64,000 nt of DNA from Hydrolagus colliei (taxonomy: Eukaryota). The notes beneath the pieces are model-generated. The model was not told the origin of the DNA and did no database searches. It saw only the letters and a program-made list of their open reading frames with translations. A program made the translations under genes and the position numbers. Shown in pieces: positions 22,119 through 35,845 of the stretch. The stretch's first letter is position 1, and every line of letters begins with the position of its first letter. The stretch is taken from the NCBI GenBank assembly GCA_035084275.1, contig CM068757.1:9858001-9922000 (forward strand). Direction: 5' to 3'.

Positions 22119-23488
22119 GATGAGAAAGGTAAATTTTTAAACTACAATTTTCAGCGATGCGACTTTGTTAAGACGCCACGACTCACGTCGAGTATACACA
22201 GTAAAGTGTGCACGCGCATCGGATGTGCGCGCCCGTTAATTGTGCACGCGCACCGAATGTACGCGCATTCCATGCTCTAGATCTAGGAGGTTGCAATGCC
22301 GGCGACAAGGTAAGCTGGAAAAGATCGCATTACACTGATAATACCAACAATATTGATATATTGCCAGGAATGATATTAAAAATATATCGATGTATATTTT
22401 TAAAATCGAATCTCTCGATATAATAGTTTTTTTAGAATCACCATATCGGCATACCGATCTGAAAATCATATCGGGTTTAATCGAAAAAACGATTAATCGC
22501 CGTTACCTACTCTGCACCAGCTTCTATTAACGACAAATTGCATTTAGATAGCACCGATCATGTAAGGGTAACTCAAGAGGCTGAAACACTCAATGTACAG
22601 AACAAATGACATTTAGTTTAATTTCTTTAAAAGAAAATGACTTGCTCAATTTTCTAGTCACTTCGCTCTGCAGTAAATCCCGTGAGCCACTTTGAGATGT
22701 TTTGACAGCAAAATAAAGTGTTCTATCTAATGATTTATGAAAAAAATCAATTGAAGTGATATAAACAGCACAACAGATTTCAACTCTGAAATCCACATTT
22801 AGTTTAATTTCTTTAAAAGAAAATGACAAATTGGGTTTCCCCCTTTTTCCCCATCCAAATACTTATTTATCATCTTCTAGTCTTCACATGCAGCTTCAGC
22901 ATTCACAGAAAACGTACGAAATATGAAGTAAAGCCCCATATTGTTTCCCCTTGAATTTATTTTATATGTTTCCCTTTGGCATAGATGACAACATCACCTC
23001 ACAACCTATTAGATAGATAATAATCCTCACATTTGAATTATCCTCACAGAAATGTTTTGGAGCCAATTAATAGTGTAGTATCCCATTTGATGATGTTAAC
23101 ACATCTCAAAGTGCATCACAGAATAAATTAAGGTGAACTGACTATATATTTTGTGGGCGAAACGCAGCAACCAAATTACGCACATTAGTGTCCCACAAAC
23201 AGTTGTAGATTGAGTAACAAAATGATTATTCGTATTAAAGAAAAATCTTTTTTGAAGACGATAGAATTAAATTCCGGTTGCTTCATCATTTTAGTAAACT
23301 GGCTGCAGCAATGCACTGATAAACTGTCGGCATCTGTAACAATCCCAGGCTCCTCACTCAAAGCCCACTCATTACCATAGTCCAGATCCAAGAGAATGAC
23401 CCAGAGTCAGGAGGGTGTGATCGGTCGCTCTGTACATCACAAACTAAGTGTGGGCTATGCCCAAAGCAGCAAAATTACAATGCCGTAC

Positions 23489-23567
23489 CTTCAAACATAT
23501 CCACCATTCTGAAAAACGCTAAAGAGAAGGAGGACTTCCCACTGCCAGTCCGCCCACAGATCCCCAC
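23489..23567 (-). CDS. ABCC8: SUR1 exon 34: NBD2 Walker A GRTGSGKS
   Basis: 79 nt, AG/GTACGG. Confidence 0.95.
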
Positions 23568-24515
23568 CTGGTAAAGAAAAACATTTTAATATGCAATGAC
23601 TCCTGTTCGCAATAAGAGAGGAGCCAGAGGGAGATTAAAACATTGTCTTGCCTAATGTTCCAAATCCTTTTGAGGCTAGCCTCCACTTTCTCAGAGAGAG
23701 ATCGACTGTAATAGTCACTAGCTCCAAATGCCATTAATATTCCATCACCATGGCCAAATGGAACAGAGTGAGTTAGGCTTAACTTTCCTATAAAATAATA
23801 ATATTAATGCTTGCATTTTATATTGCACCTTTCACACGATCAAAGCCCTGTAAAACTATCTGTAGGTGAAACATTCCTAGCTGTTAATGAGGGGCCACCA
23901 CTGACCATGAACATGTAGATGATATTCCTATTGATTCAGTGTCACACTGTCTGGTATATTTTGCAGACATTTGCAAGATATTTGGATACAGATATTCTGC
24001 TGACAAATGGATGAATGAAGTTGGAATTGGGTGTCCGTTTCAATAAACCAGCAAGAAAGATGATGGGGAGTGCAGGAAAAATTAATATCAGTGCGAGGCA
24101 GATGTGGAATGAAACATGACACAATCTAAATTTCCATTTATACAGCGCTTTTCATGTGGTGAGGACATCCCAAAGCATTTGACACGGCTGGCTGGACACC
24201 CAACTACAGGGAGCGAAAGCATGGTCAAAGAGGTAAGTCTTGAGATGCAGTATTAACAATGAGAAAAACTTGCATTTATAAAGCACTCTTCATGCAGGGT
24301 AGCATCTCAGAGACGTAACCCAGGGTTGGGGATCACCCAGTAATATAAAACTAGTGTAAAATGTGCAGGGGAACTCCAAATGTTAAAATAATTTGAAAGC
24401 AGCTAAACAAGTTCCTGTAAATGTAAAAGATTTGGGCTAATTAGGAATCTTTTGAGAAATTGAATAGGGTTTTACCACTTCCTGAAATGGTTTCTATTTT
24501 ACTGAGAGCCGTTAC

Positions 24516-24646
24516 CTTCTGCCCTGGACTGAAGTGGGCATTCACGTTCTTTAAGACCGGCTTGAGGGTGCTGTCATACCGTACACTCAGGTTCTGAATT
24601 TTGATCTCCCCTTCATTAGGCCAGTTTGGGGGAATCTGAGCAGAAG
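24516..24646 (-). CDS. ABCC8: SUR1 exon 33: ...PNWPNEGEIKIQNLSVRYD...HFSPGQK
   Basis: 131 nt, AG/GTAACG. Confidence 0.95.
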
Positions 24647-25135
24647 CTGCAACAGAATAATCATAAAAATAGTTCTTTCATTTGATATAGCGCCGTATCA
24701 CATCATTGAGACAAATCAAAGCACTTCACAGAATATAACAATAATCCTTGTATTTGATAAAGCGGCTCATTGTGTCTTCTAGACATCTGAAAGCGCTTCA
24801 CAAAAGATACTGTAAAGTTGAGTGACTGAATTTCATGGGCACAATACAGCAACCAAATGCACGCAGCAGTGTCCCAAAAACAGTTGTGGATTCAGTAACC
24901 ACATTTTGTTTTCAAGGATTATTACCCCCTGGAAAATGTTTTGCCAATTGATTATCAACTGGGTTCCTATTAACTGAATTATCAATGTCCCAGGCACACC
25001 ACAGGACACTGGGATCAGGCCTGGGACTCTGCAGAGCTTCCGAGGAGAGGAGTGCACAGACAGTGTCTTTTCTGGTGATATTAACTCGTGGCAAATAATG
25101 TTGCTAAGAGTGAAACGTGTTTGAGGCATGCTCAC

Positions 25136-25256
25136 TGAGGAGTCCGTCGTAATTCTCAGTTTCGATCTGGAGAAGTGCGTTTATTCTTTTCACCGCACCC
25201 AGTTGCACTTCCATGTCTGCAAGGTTGCGGACCATCCAGTTCAAGTAGTTGGAAAT
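25136..25256 (-). CDS. ABCC8: SUR1 exon 32: [14 protein letters not shown]...
   Basis: 121 nt, AG/GTGAGC. Confidence 0.95.
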
Positions 25257-25966
25257 CTGTGGGGAAGGAAACACCAGAAAGCTGATCAAAACCATGACTG
25301 TCTCCTTGCCAGACACACACTGAATCAAGTCTACCGAGAGCAACCTTTCCTCTTGTAACAAGGCTGTTCATTCATCAAAGTTTCAAAGTCCTGGACAATT
25401 CAACAAAAACATTAACAACAAAAATTGGGGCGGCTACATAATATTTTATTACATGTGGTGGGGCAGTGCTTGAAAGCTTCATCCTGCCTCCAGCCAAATA
25501 CTACAACTGCTTCCGAAACAGTGAGAAAGTTTGGGAGGCGGGCAGTGGCCAAGAGAAGTAGATGACGTCCTTCATGAATCCAATTCATGTAGCTCTGCAA
25601 TGCAAATTGTAGCTCTGCTACTTCCGCTGGCACTTTGAAAATAAGCTTCCCTCAGCACAGAGCAGTCATTCATCTGGGACCTCAGTATTCTTGGTATGTG
25701 CCACAATGGGCACTGCACAGTGCATCAGAATTGGATAGGTTTGAAAACAAATTTGCTGGGATATGGGGTAAGAGTGGGGGAGTGGGACGGCTCTTCAAAG
25801 AGCCTGCACAAGGACAATGAGCTGAATGGCCTCCTCTGTGCTGCCTATGATTAACAAATTAAGCCATTAGGTGAGTCTGGATCTTTTGGTTCTCAGGAAT
25901 AATGTTTTCAGCTCTTAAACCGACTACGATATGCTTTGTGTATTCACCGATAATAAAATATCTTAC

Positions 25967-26080
25967 CATGAGCGCGTAAGTGAGCCCCAGACCCACGAGA
26001 CCTGAGGCCAGGCCGTAGTACAGGGAATTGGTGATGGAAGCCACAGCCGCGATAAGAACCACACAGGCCCCAATGTATTC
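25967..26080 (-). CDS. ABCC8: SUR1 exon 31: EYIGACVV...GLTYALM
   Basis: 114 nt, AG/GTAAGA. Confidence 0.95.
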
Positions 26081-26462
26081 CTGCAGAAATCACAGCAATC
26101 AAGGATCACAACCAAGTAGCTTTGGATGAAGTCGACAGCAGTGAGCACAAACACAACTGGTGTGAATCCAACCAATATTTCAGACAGGCTTAAGAATCTC
26201 TAAATCATCAGTAAAGCTTTTGTCAAAAAGCCATCTGCTGTTTATCTGGCATCTCATCACAGTCGCTCATTTTTCTTTTAATCATTCCTTTCCCAATCAT
26301 TACAATCCACTGTTCCGTTGCTATCAGATTAAGATATTGATTGTCGTGATTGACCAGCAGTGAGCCGAGAGCTCGAGTCTGCCACTGTTTGTAAATTTAC
26401 AATCAACTTTCCCCAGCTACCCACGCCATGAGTAATACAAGTGTCGGAGCTTAATACAGTAC

Positions 26463-26565
26463 CATGCGAACTTCTAGCCATCGGTTGGCAGCGGTCAGGA
26501 ACAAAGAGGCAATGTTGTTGGCGTCAGTGTGTTCCAGCAGCTGCTGTCTGAAGCGACTCTCCTGC
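26463..26565 (-). CDS. ABCC8: SUR1 exon 30: ...[26 protein letters not shown]
   Basis: 103 nt, AG/GTACTG. Confidence 0.95.
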
Positions 26566-28152
26566 CTGTAAGATATAGTGACACACATTTCACTCACAGC
26601 CAGTGCACTGGATGGACATCCGCGCACAGAATCAAGGAGCAGGAAATGAACTCACAGTTTTACAACCCAGAGTTGGAACTAAAACCAGAAATCACCAGAT
26701 ATGCAGAGCATCAGAAGAATGGCAGGTAAGAGATGTCATTGGTTACTTAAGGTACGGATCCCAGTGCCAGTGTTTGACAAGGGTATGTGTGTCAAATTGG
26801 CTCGTTGATAGCGCTTTTGCCTCCAAGTCAGATGGTTGTGGATTCAAATCCTACATTGGGACTTGAACTCACATAGTCTAAGATAATAATAATACTAATC
26901 CTTGCATTTCATATAGCATCTTCTAGACAGCTCAAGGAGGATACAAACTAGATTGTGCTTAAAGCCATTGAGAAGCAAAGCACCAAGTTAGAGTACAACA
27001 CAATAGAACAAAATTACATTGATAGAGCGCCTTTCACATCGGGGTGAATACACATCTGTACCTGATATAAATACCAGCCTCTTCAGCATTGTATACACTT
27101 TATTTTGTTGAAAACTAGGGTTTTAACTTAAAGGAAACTTATTTTTTAATAAATATTACTACCTTGTGTGGTTTCACATTAAAGCAGAGAACACAAAATG
27201 GTACTTAGGCCCCCAAATCCCTGCACCCTTCATATGCCGAGCTAAGTCATCTCACCAGCTATTCTCACTGTAAAGATGTTTTGCACATATACTCTTTCAA
27301 ACAAACAGTGCTTGCGAAAACCCAATGTGGAACAAAAGAGAGAACGTTTCTGCTGGTCATTGAGGTTGGTCCTATGATACCTTTTTCTCAATTTCCCGAG
27401 CCTTTGTCCCCTATAAGCCCCCCAATAACAAGAACAAGGATTTATATAGCGCCCTCCATGCCGAATAGCATCTCAGAGAACATAAATATAAACACTCCAG
27501 GAAGATTACTAACGTTCAAGTAACGGAATTTCTCCTATGCATGTCCAATGGACAGATCGGATAACCAGCTCATTACTGCAGTTAAGGTGAGTAAGTATGT
27601 CCCCATTAAAGTTTAAATACCAATTGAGAATTCAATTTCACCGCTTGTCCATGCAACCCTGACCTCCACAACATCTCTCATGCAGAACGTCTAGACAGTC
27701 AATAAAATTGGATTGATTTATTGGTCATTTTACAATCTGACCTCTTTGTTCCCCTCATTAATGTTGGGAGTGAAATATTTGTTTTTCTGTTTCTTCTCTT
27801 TACTGCCTAATGCTGGTACAAAGTGACAGACACAGTGACAGACACAGGTGTATTTCTCTAGTCTCCTGTGCCAGCGAGGAATCAGCTCAAGTTTTTCACT
27901 GCTGGTAGAAAGTTACATTTTATACCCAAAAGGAGGGCATTTGGCTCATTGTGTGTGTGCTACTTCTATTTTTCCTTCTTCTGTTTCTTTAGGCTTTTTA
28001 AAAAAATTATCCACTTTCCATCTCTCTCCCCAAATTATGTAACACTTTTACTTTCCTTTTTAAAAAAAATCATTCTATTATGCAAGCTACAAACTGTATT
28101 GCTTGGGTCTTTTGTACTGAGTGTTTTCTGCTATTAGCACCGACTCCATGTA

Positions 28153-28239
28153 CCCAGGTAGCAAGCCCATGTGGGGCCCATATGGGCATGGATCAACCCA
28201 AATTGTCCCATATCGGGCCATATGAGTTTGCTACCTGGG
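28153..28239. mobile_element. 87-bp MITE with CCC termini (CMC/CACTA-like); second terminus copy at 51757-51790
   Basis: TIRs CCCAGGTAGCAA and TTGCTACCTGGG, flanked by TA on both sides. Confidence 0.7.
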
Positions 28240-28646
28240 TAATAGAAGAGAATGAAAAAACAATGTTTCAAAAACATCTCTCTCACCAATGAATTCAGTC
28301 TCACTGATTGTCCATGTAAAAAGACATGAACAACATCAACAAAATTTAATTTGTAGTGTGTCTTTTCCATCGGGAGGACATGCCAAGGCGTTGAATAATG
28401 TCCACAGTAAGTATCCCTCTGAAACAAATTCACTTATCCACAGATCTCACCTGATCAATAAACTATAAGGAGAGTTATCACTAACACGACACTACCCACC
28501 ATTTGTGTCAAGTAGAGTATGTGATAGCAGTTTATATACAAGTATCCTTGCAATAATCCTTTCATTTGATGTAGCATCTTATGTCAGAGAGGTCTGAAAG
28601 CGTTTCACAGGATCTCATAGATATGCATCACTACATACATAATAAA

Positions 28647-28657
28647 TGTGTGTATAT

Positions 28658-28688
<31 letters not shown>

Positions 28689-28701
28689 ATATATATATAT
28701 A
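28647..28701. repeat. Compound (CA)n/(TA)n microsatellite
   Basis: Directly visible. Confidence 0.9.
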
Positions 28702-28822
28702 GCTGAATTACCATATGGTCTGTTGTATACAACTAACATAAAAAAAGCAGAAGGCACATTCTTTACCACTCCCCAGCATCAAATCCCTTTGAACTCCTTT
28801 AGAGTTTGTATCCATTGATTTA

Positions 28823-28939
<117 letters not shown>

Positions 28940-29894
28940 TCATTAATCTACCCGCATGCACTGCACATCTCACAACATGTCTGTACAGGTGCTTACAATA
29001 CACAGGTTAGTAGGTTGGGAGAGGGGAAGGGATGGAGGGCGAATGGTTACTGTTAGACAAAAATACATTTACCACTATGGGGAAGCAGGTGAAGGAAATA
29101 AACTTATCTTCAATGTGACATTAAATATCTTCATTATTTGACTGATACATAATGGGGGACAATCAGTATTTGTATTTTCCAAACAATACGAGAAAGTGGA
29201 TTTGATATAGTGCGTTACACATTGGGAGATATCTTAAGGCACTTCCCAAGATTGTAATGTAAAGTACAGTCACTGTGTATTTTGTAGACAAACGCAGGAG
29301 TTAATATGTACACAGTGATGTCCCACAAACAGCCATGAAGTGAATGACCAATTGTATTTGAGGTGATAGATGGCTAGGTCATAGTAGTGCCATTGGATCT
29401 TTGATGTCCACCTGAATAGGCAGACAGGACCTTAATTTTAAAGTCTCATCCAAAGATGGCAAGACTCACCCCCCAGAGAATTCAGTAGTTTACAAGGTGT
29501 GAAGTTGCTCTGGAGTTGGGAAGCTCTTCTGAAACTGTATAGTAATTATTGGGTTAAAGGCAAGATTTGATTCATTCGATTTCAATCAGGTTTATTATAA
29601 ACATAGAGGATAGTCGACTGTGCCCCATGATGTCTCTTAAACTGCATTTTAACCCTCTCCAGATGAGATCTTCTGATTAGAGACTGAATTAAAAAAATTC
29701 TCAAATTCTTCATGCTTTGAAACACTAAGAAAACAGTCAATCTAGACCCAGGCAACATTTTGCCTTTGTTCTATGGAGTAAACAACATACAACCCCTCCC
29801 CCATTCCCTTAGGCCATATATCTTGCAATAAAAATGTTTTGAAGCAAAATATATATTATAAACAGCCTTTCTTCTGACTGACATAAAGCACTTA

Positions 29895-30071
<177 letters not shown>

Positions 30072-30619
30072 CTAATTCTCCAGAGTTTATTCAAAGGCCA
30101 CACCACCTGATCCCCAAATTTACAGTTCACACACAGTGGTAGGCAAGAATAATGCTAAGGATTCTTGCATCTGATAAAGCATTGCGTCATTGAAACGCTT
30201 TGTGGAATTTTGCAACAGCGATTTGCATCCGTGAACAGCCTCCTTCTTGCGCTATTAGCATCCAGGGATCAATGCCATGGCCTTAGAACATTGTGCACAT
30301 TAAACTCAGTGGTAAATGTATTTGTGAATAAAACTCAGACTTGCTGGATGGTGTATACTGTGTATGTCAAATGAGATTAGGATTGGGTTGGCTATGATAT
30401 GTCCTCTCTCCTCACCCAACATGGCTGTATGACTCAAAGATTACATGTGATAAATCTCCCTTGGTAAAGGTAACTATATATAAGTTATATATATAATCCT
30501 AACAATTGATATACTGGCTTTCATATCAGGTGGCCATCTTAAAGTGCTTTACTGAATGTATTGTACAGTTTAATAGGTCTAATTGTAGGTGAATGCAATA
30601 GCTAAGTTGCACACGATAA

Positions 30620-30835
30620 TGTTCCGCAGACTTGAAGCGAATGAGAAATTTTATCTGAGGAATTGTTGGCCAGAACATTGGGAGAAACTCCCATCTCTTT
30701 TTGAATAGTGCAATGAGATCTATAATATCCATCTGAGCAAGCAAATGGATCGTCGGTTTAACATCTCATCCAAAGGACAGCGCCTTCAATAATGCAGTGC
30801 ACCCCCAACACTGCATTGCAGAGTCAGCCTCACAA
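30620..30835 (-). mobile_element. Older SacSINE/Deu-type SINE fragment (others at about 29240-29470, 32445-32690, 44550-44695, 57530-57800)
   Basis: Diverged copies of the gatgagacgttaaaccgagg / gagtcagcct and Deu-core segments. Confidence 0.6.
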
Positions 30836-31749
30836 TGTGATTTCTTCAAAATAGAAAGGGCAAGAGGGAAATGTGGACAGAAAAACACAGCTTGATGCTT
30901 TATTAAAAACCCTACGAGAACTACGCTTCAACGTTTTGCATTTCCTTTCCACCTTTTCAACATCTGAGCATTTATTAGCTGTGTCTATAATGAAGTCTTT
31001 TATTTGACTTTGCTATTGGACACAGGTATTAATACATCCAAACTTGATACACATTCATGCATTATTTATTCATATTAAAGTGCCTGGTTTCTTATTTGGG
31101 CCTGGTGGTTAAAGGGGAAATACATTGCAGTTAGATACTCGTAATCCCAACATATACTGAGGCAGATATCTGTTTATCACTGGAGTGTCTCCCTTGACAC
31201 CTTGCTAGCGTTTTGTTCTTTCAGATATTCTAATTATAAGTACACTAATGACATTCAGAAACAGATCCATCATCCGAAACTAGAAAGCCCCATTCACCCT
31301 GTCAAATAGCGTGTGCTTTATTCACTATGTCTGCTGCCAGCCTGTCTCTCAGCATGTGTTCGACAATGCCTTGTGTTGAAGGGATGTAGCCTCATCCCGC
31401 TTGTCCATAATTTAACACTAAGAAGATTGAGTCACTGAGTTCACAGAGCATCAGATTCTCAGTACACAAGGTTCACAAGGTTCTCGGTAACTGAATCACA
31501 TTGGGGGGAACCCATTGGTGGTTGTTTAAGAAATATTGTGTCTGAACTAGTTTTTGATAGTTAACCAACACGTTTGTTGTATTGATGAGATGAGCCATGG
31601 TCTTAGCCTTTGCAAGACAAAGATTGAATGGCTAGATTTGTGGCTACAAGTTGTTGACTTGGATACAATGCCAGTTTTTTTTTAAAAAACGATTTGAACC
31701 AAGGGACAAACCTGAGGAAATTCACACAGATCTATCTTTGGTGCATTCA

Positions 31750-31938
<189 letters not shown>

Positions 31939-32857
31939 TTATTGAGCTTTAGTCCTTGTATTTGATTATAGTAGTTGTAATTTCTCAGAGAGGATCACAG
32001 GGAATGTCTAACATTCGTGAATGTGCTAACAGTTCCCTTTGCTTGTCCTCTACTCTTTCCCTTGCTCCTGAGACTTGTCCGAGTGATATCCGCAGTGCCC
32101 TCTTGTGGCTACCTAGCAATCCAGCAGAAATTCCTCAATAAACCACTTTGGCTCTTGACAGGACAGAAGTTAGCGACACAATTACAATATTTTGTTCATC
32201 TCAAACCTTTAATGTCTGGTGTATACTTGATCCATTGGGTTGGGCTCCAATACACTATCCTGGGTGAAGGATATATAAATGCAATATAAATGCAAGTTGC
32301 TGTTGGTGATAGAAGATCTTAATTCTCTGTGTCATTCCACATAATCTTTCATGATATTAAACAGAGCCGAACCAAACATAAAATCCTCCGCTGGATGTTA
32401 CTGTAAAATGTAATGACCGTGTATAACCAGTTTGCACATAGCTATATCCTACAAACAGCCATGAAGTGAATGACCAATTTTATTTGCCAGATTGTTGGGC
32501 AGGACACAGGGAGAAACCCCCTCCTCTTTTCAACTAGTGCTATGGAATCTTTAATGTCCACCTGAACTGGCAATACAAGACTTCAGCTTAACGTCTCATT
32601 GAAAGGAAAGCCAGCACCGGGAGTCAGCCTCGATTATGTGAGCTTGAAGTCCTGATGTGGGACTTTAACCCACAACCTATGTGCAGTTTGGAGAGAAATT
32701 CCCTCTTAGAAACTCTGACTCTCTCACTACCGCCTTTCTTTGTAGGGCATTCCATGTCCTTACAACCCTACATGTAATACAAATCTATGCTAACCTCTCC
32801 CAAGGCTCTCTTGGTAATTATCTTAAATCATTGCCCTCAAGTTATCGACTCACCAAC

Positions 32858-32883
32858 GGGGGGGGGGGGGGGGGGGGGGGGGG
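32858..32883. repeat. G26 homopolymer (also C24 at 20621-20644 and C22 at 48638-48659)
   Basis: Directly visible; homopolymer lengths may be imprecise. Confidence 0.85.
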
Positions 32884-33760
32884 AAATAAATTTCTCCCTG
32901 TTCAGCTAATACTGGATCTTTATTGCAACTCCAAAGCAGACCCCCTTAAATCAACAAGGTCACTTCACTTAAAGATAATGGGGTGGCGTAAATCCTTCGC
33001 CTTGTGATTTCACAGTACTTAATGTGACACGTCGCAAATTGCCAATGGGATGACGGGACACAAGCTTACTTGGGAACTGACCTCACCACAAGCATCTAAG
33101 TGCCAGGTTAAGCCCATTGTAACTGCATGTGAATAGATGTTCCTCCCTCTGGCATTGCATGCAATCTAAATCTCTAATGGTAAAATGCCAAAGGTCCCTA
33201 TGTCATCTCCTCTGCCCTCAATTCATTGGGAATAATGTCCCTTTGTTTCACTATACTTGCTTTATTTTTATGAAACAGTACATCGCAGAAATACATTGGA
33301 CAATTTTACTGTCATTATTTCACAATGATATGAAGAGACAGTTGAACTAATGCATCGAAAAGACATTCCATGGCTACCTGGAGGCATTTCCCTTTGTCAG
33401 AATAAGAACTTGAATCAGAATTACAGTGCATTCCGGGACATGACATTAACCCTTGTGGTGATAGCAGTACTGTACTTAACCAATAAAAAAGCTCTCTCAT
33501 AAACCATGCCTTCAGCCCCAGTCCTTCTCGTTTCCCTCTGAACTCTGGCTCCCTTTTGGTCTTTGTAAAGCACCTTAAAATCTTCTCCCTATATGAATTT
33601 GAATTCTTTTTCAATGGGCTGCCTTCCAACCAACTCCAAAATCGACATATGCCCCTTTTCTCAGACACGTCGCTAAAATCATACTGTCCAATCGTATATT
33701 CAGTCATTGTGTGGGATTGAATTATGTGGATTGACAATATGACATCGAGACAGGCAGTAC

Positions 33761-33927
33761 CTCATAGGTGCCAGGATGATCTTATTGAGCAAGTTCTTGT
33801 GTAACTCCTTTGTCACTTTAAGGCCTGTCCACTCAACAGCAATGGAGGTGACTAGACAAAGCACGATGCCCAGACAGCAGAGAATGCTGAACACGATGCT
33901 GTATGAGGAATGGCTGAATCGGCAGTC
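33761..33927 (-). CDS. ABCC8: SUR1 exon 26: [13 protein letters not shown]...KIILAPM
   Basis: 167 nt, AG/GTACTG. Confidence 0.95.
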
Positions 33928-34251
33928 CTAGGGTGAGAAATATTGAAACGCTCAAACTGGAAGCAGTGGTTTCCCAATAATAATTATAATACTCCTTGCA
34001 TTTGATATAGCTCCTTATCACACCTTCAAGACATCTCAAAAAGCTTAATCAAAAGTGAATGGACTGCATATTTTTGTAAGAGATATGTTGCAGCCAATTG
34101 CACACAATAATGTCTCCCAAACAGTCATGGATTGAGTGACCAATTTATTATTTTATTTTGAAGGAATTAATCCTGTAAAAGTAATTTCTCAATCGACTAA
34201 CAAGCAGGTTCCTATTTACTGCCAGGTAAACAGAAGCATGTGGAGTAAGGG

Positions 34252-34410
34252 ACAAAAACAGAAGTTGCTGGGGAAACTCAGCAGGTCAGGCAGCATCCAT
34301 GGAGAAAGGAAAAAGAGTCTCCATGGATGCTGCCTGACCTGCTGAGTTTCCCCAGCAACTTCTGTTTTTGTTTCAGATTCCCAGCATCTGTAGTATTTTG
34401 TGTTTTGTTT
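34252..34410 (+). mobile_element. Palindromic short element, copy 1, nested in a SINE
   Basis: Perfect 54-bp inverted repeat plus tail. TSD atgtggag(t/c)aaggg at 34238-34251 and 34411-34424. Confidence 0.85.
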
Positions 34411-35122
34411 ATGTGGAGCAAGGGAATGTGCCCAATGTTTTGCACTGCTGGGAATCAAACCCAGATCTCTCGCTTGCGAGGCAAGTGCTCTAACCACTGA
34501 GGTACAGGATTCCACAATAATATCTTGGGAGATTGAAAGTCCACCTGCTCTTAAATTCTAGCATTTAAGATCATTCTGGCCAATAGAGAATTCTTAAAAT
34601 CCATGTGAAGGTTGAAGCCCATTTCACGCATTTAGAACCTGCTTGAGAATTAAGACCGAGTTTAAGAAATGTCTCCAATTTTGTGTAATACAGTACTTAA
34701 ATTTTAAATCAAAAAGGTCTTACGGGTCAAGATTCGATGGATTATTAGGCCTGTAGTTTTAAAACCAATGAGACTGAGAATCGCATGAGTAAGAGCTATT
34801 TATTGTTGGTGAATTCTCAGTTGTGTTTCCTAATCATGTTATTACAATCTGGCAGAGTGCTGAGCTTTGCAGTGTCCCACCAATTTAATTTAACTTTAAT
34901 ATGCTAGTGAATCCACTTCTCATGATCAGGGGAAACCAGAGCTCCAACAGCATCAGCAATAACCAGCATGCAAAACCAACTGCTGGATGCTTTGGTTAGA
35001 GGTTGACTCAACTCAATGTCACTGGCTCTTTAATAACCTTAAAAAGATAAGGAACCCTGTGGCAGTTTTCACCATGCTTCCCCACTCCCAGCCATTAAGT
35101 CACAGCTAAACCAATCGTTCAC

Positions 35123-35370
35123 CTGGACATTGGAACAGTTTGCTCTCTCGGCCTCGATCTTCAGCTGAATGGCGTCAGATGTCCACTTTGCCAGCCAGTA
35201 GTCAATGGCCACCATGACTGTGTGCTTGAACAGCTGGGAGAGGATGAGGAGAGGCAGCAGAAGGCAGCCCGCTGCACTCAGGTACTTGCCACAGGCTCTC
35301 CAAGGCAACTTGGTTCGCTGCCGCAAAACCGATGAAAGGTTGTCTTCATCATCACTCTCCAAAATGTCCT
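35123..35370 (-). CDS. ABCC8: SUR1 exon 25: [12 protein letters not shown]...RANCSNVQ
   Basis: 248 nt, AG/GTGAAC; keeps the NCS glycosylation sequon. Confidence 0.95.
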
Positions 35371-35845
35371 CTGCAGAAAACACAGACACCCAAAGACTCA
35401 TTTGTGCACCCACCCACACACACAAGCACAAAACAATCCTTCAGAACTGCAGCCTTCTCTTACACTGTCTTTGTGTTATTCCCATTATCTTCTACCCAAG
35501 ACTGCACCATCTATACCATGCCTTCTCTTGGTGAGTCACTGATATTCGTTTTCCAAGTTAGCACAGAATAAATCAGGATTTAGAGACCAACAGGGAAAGA
35601 ATCAGGGTGGAAGCTAGCTGCTGAAACCATCTAACTGAAGGGAGCAGATGTGGACCGCCAATCGACTAATAACCAGGTTCCTACTTACTTCCAGACAAAC
35701 AGACAGGTGTAAAGTAAGGACATTTTCCTAAGATTTTGCCCTGCCCTGGACTCAAACCCAGAACTTCTAGTGTGTGAGGCGAGTCCTCGAACCAATTTGC
35801 TACAGGAGTTTTTATGAATATTGTTTAAACATAAAATATTTTTAC

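Larger units (their letters stand above)
20830..22509 (-). mobile_element. Internally deleted hAT transposon in ABCC8 intron 34
   Basis: 14-bp TIRs TAGGGAACGGCGAT and ATCGCCGTTACCTA (13/14 match). Perfect 8-bp TSD CTCTGCAC (20822-20829, 22510-22517). CpG-rich subterminal repeats. Confidence 0.95.

Noticed and set aside
30768-30786. RE1/REST half-site GGACAGCGCC
   Set aside because: The left half is missing and the site lies in a SINE fragment.
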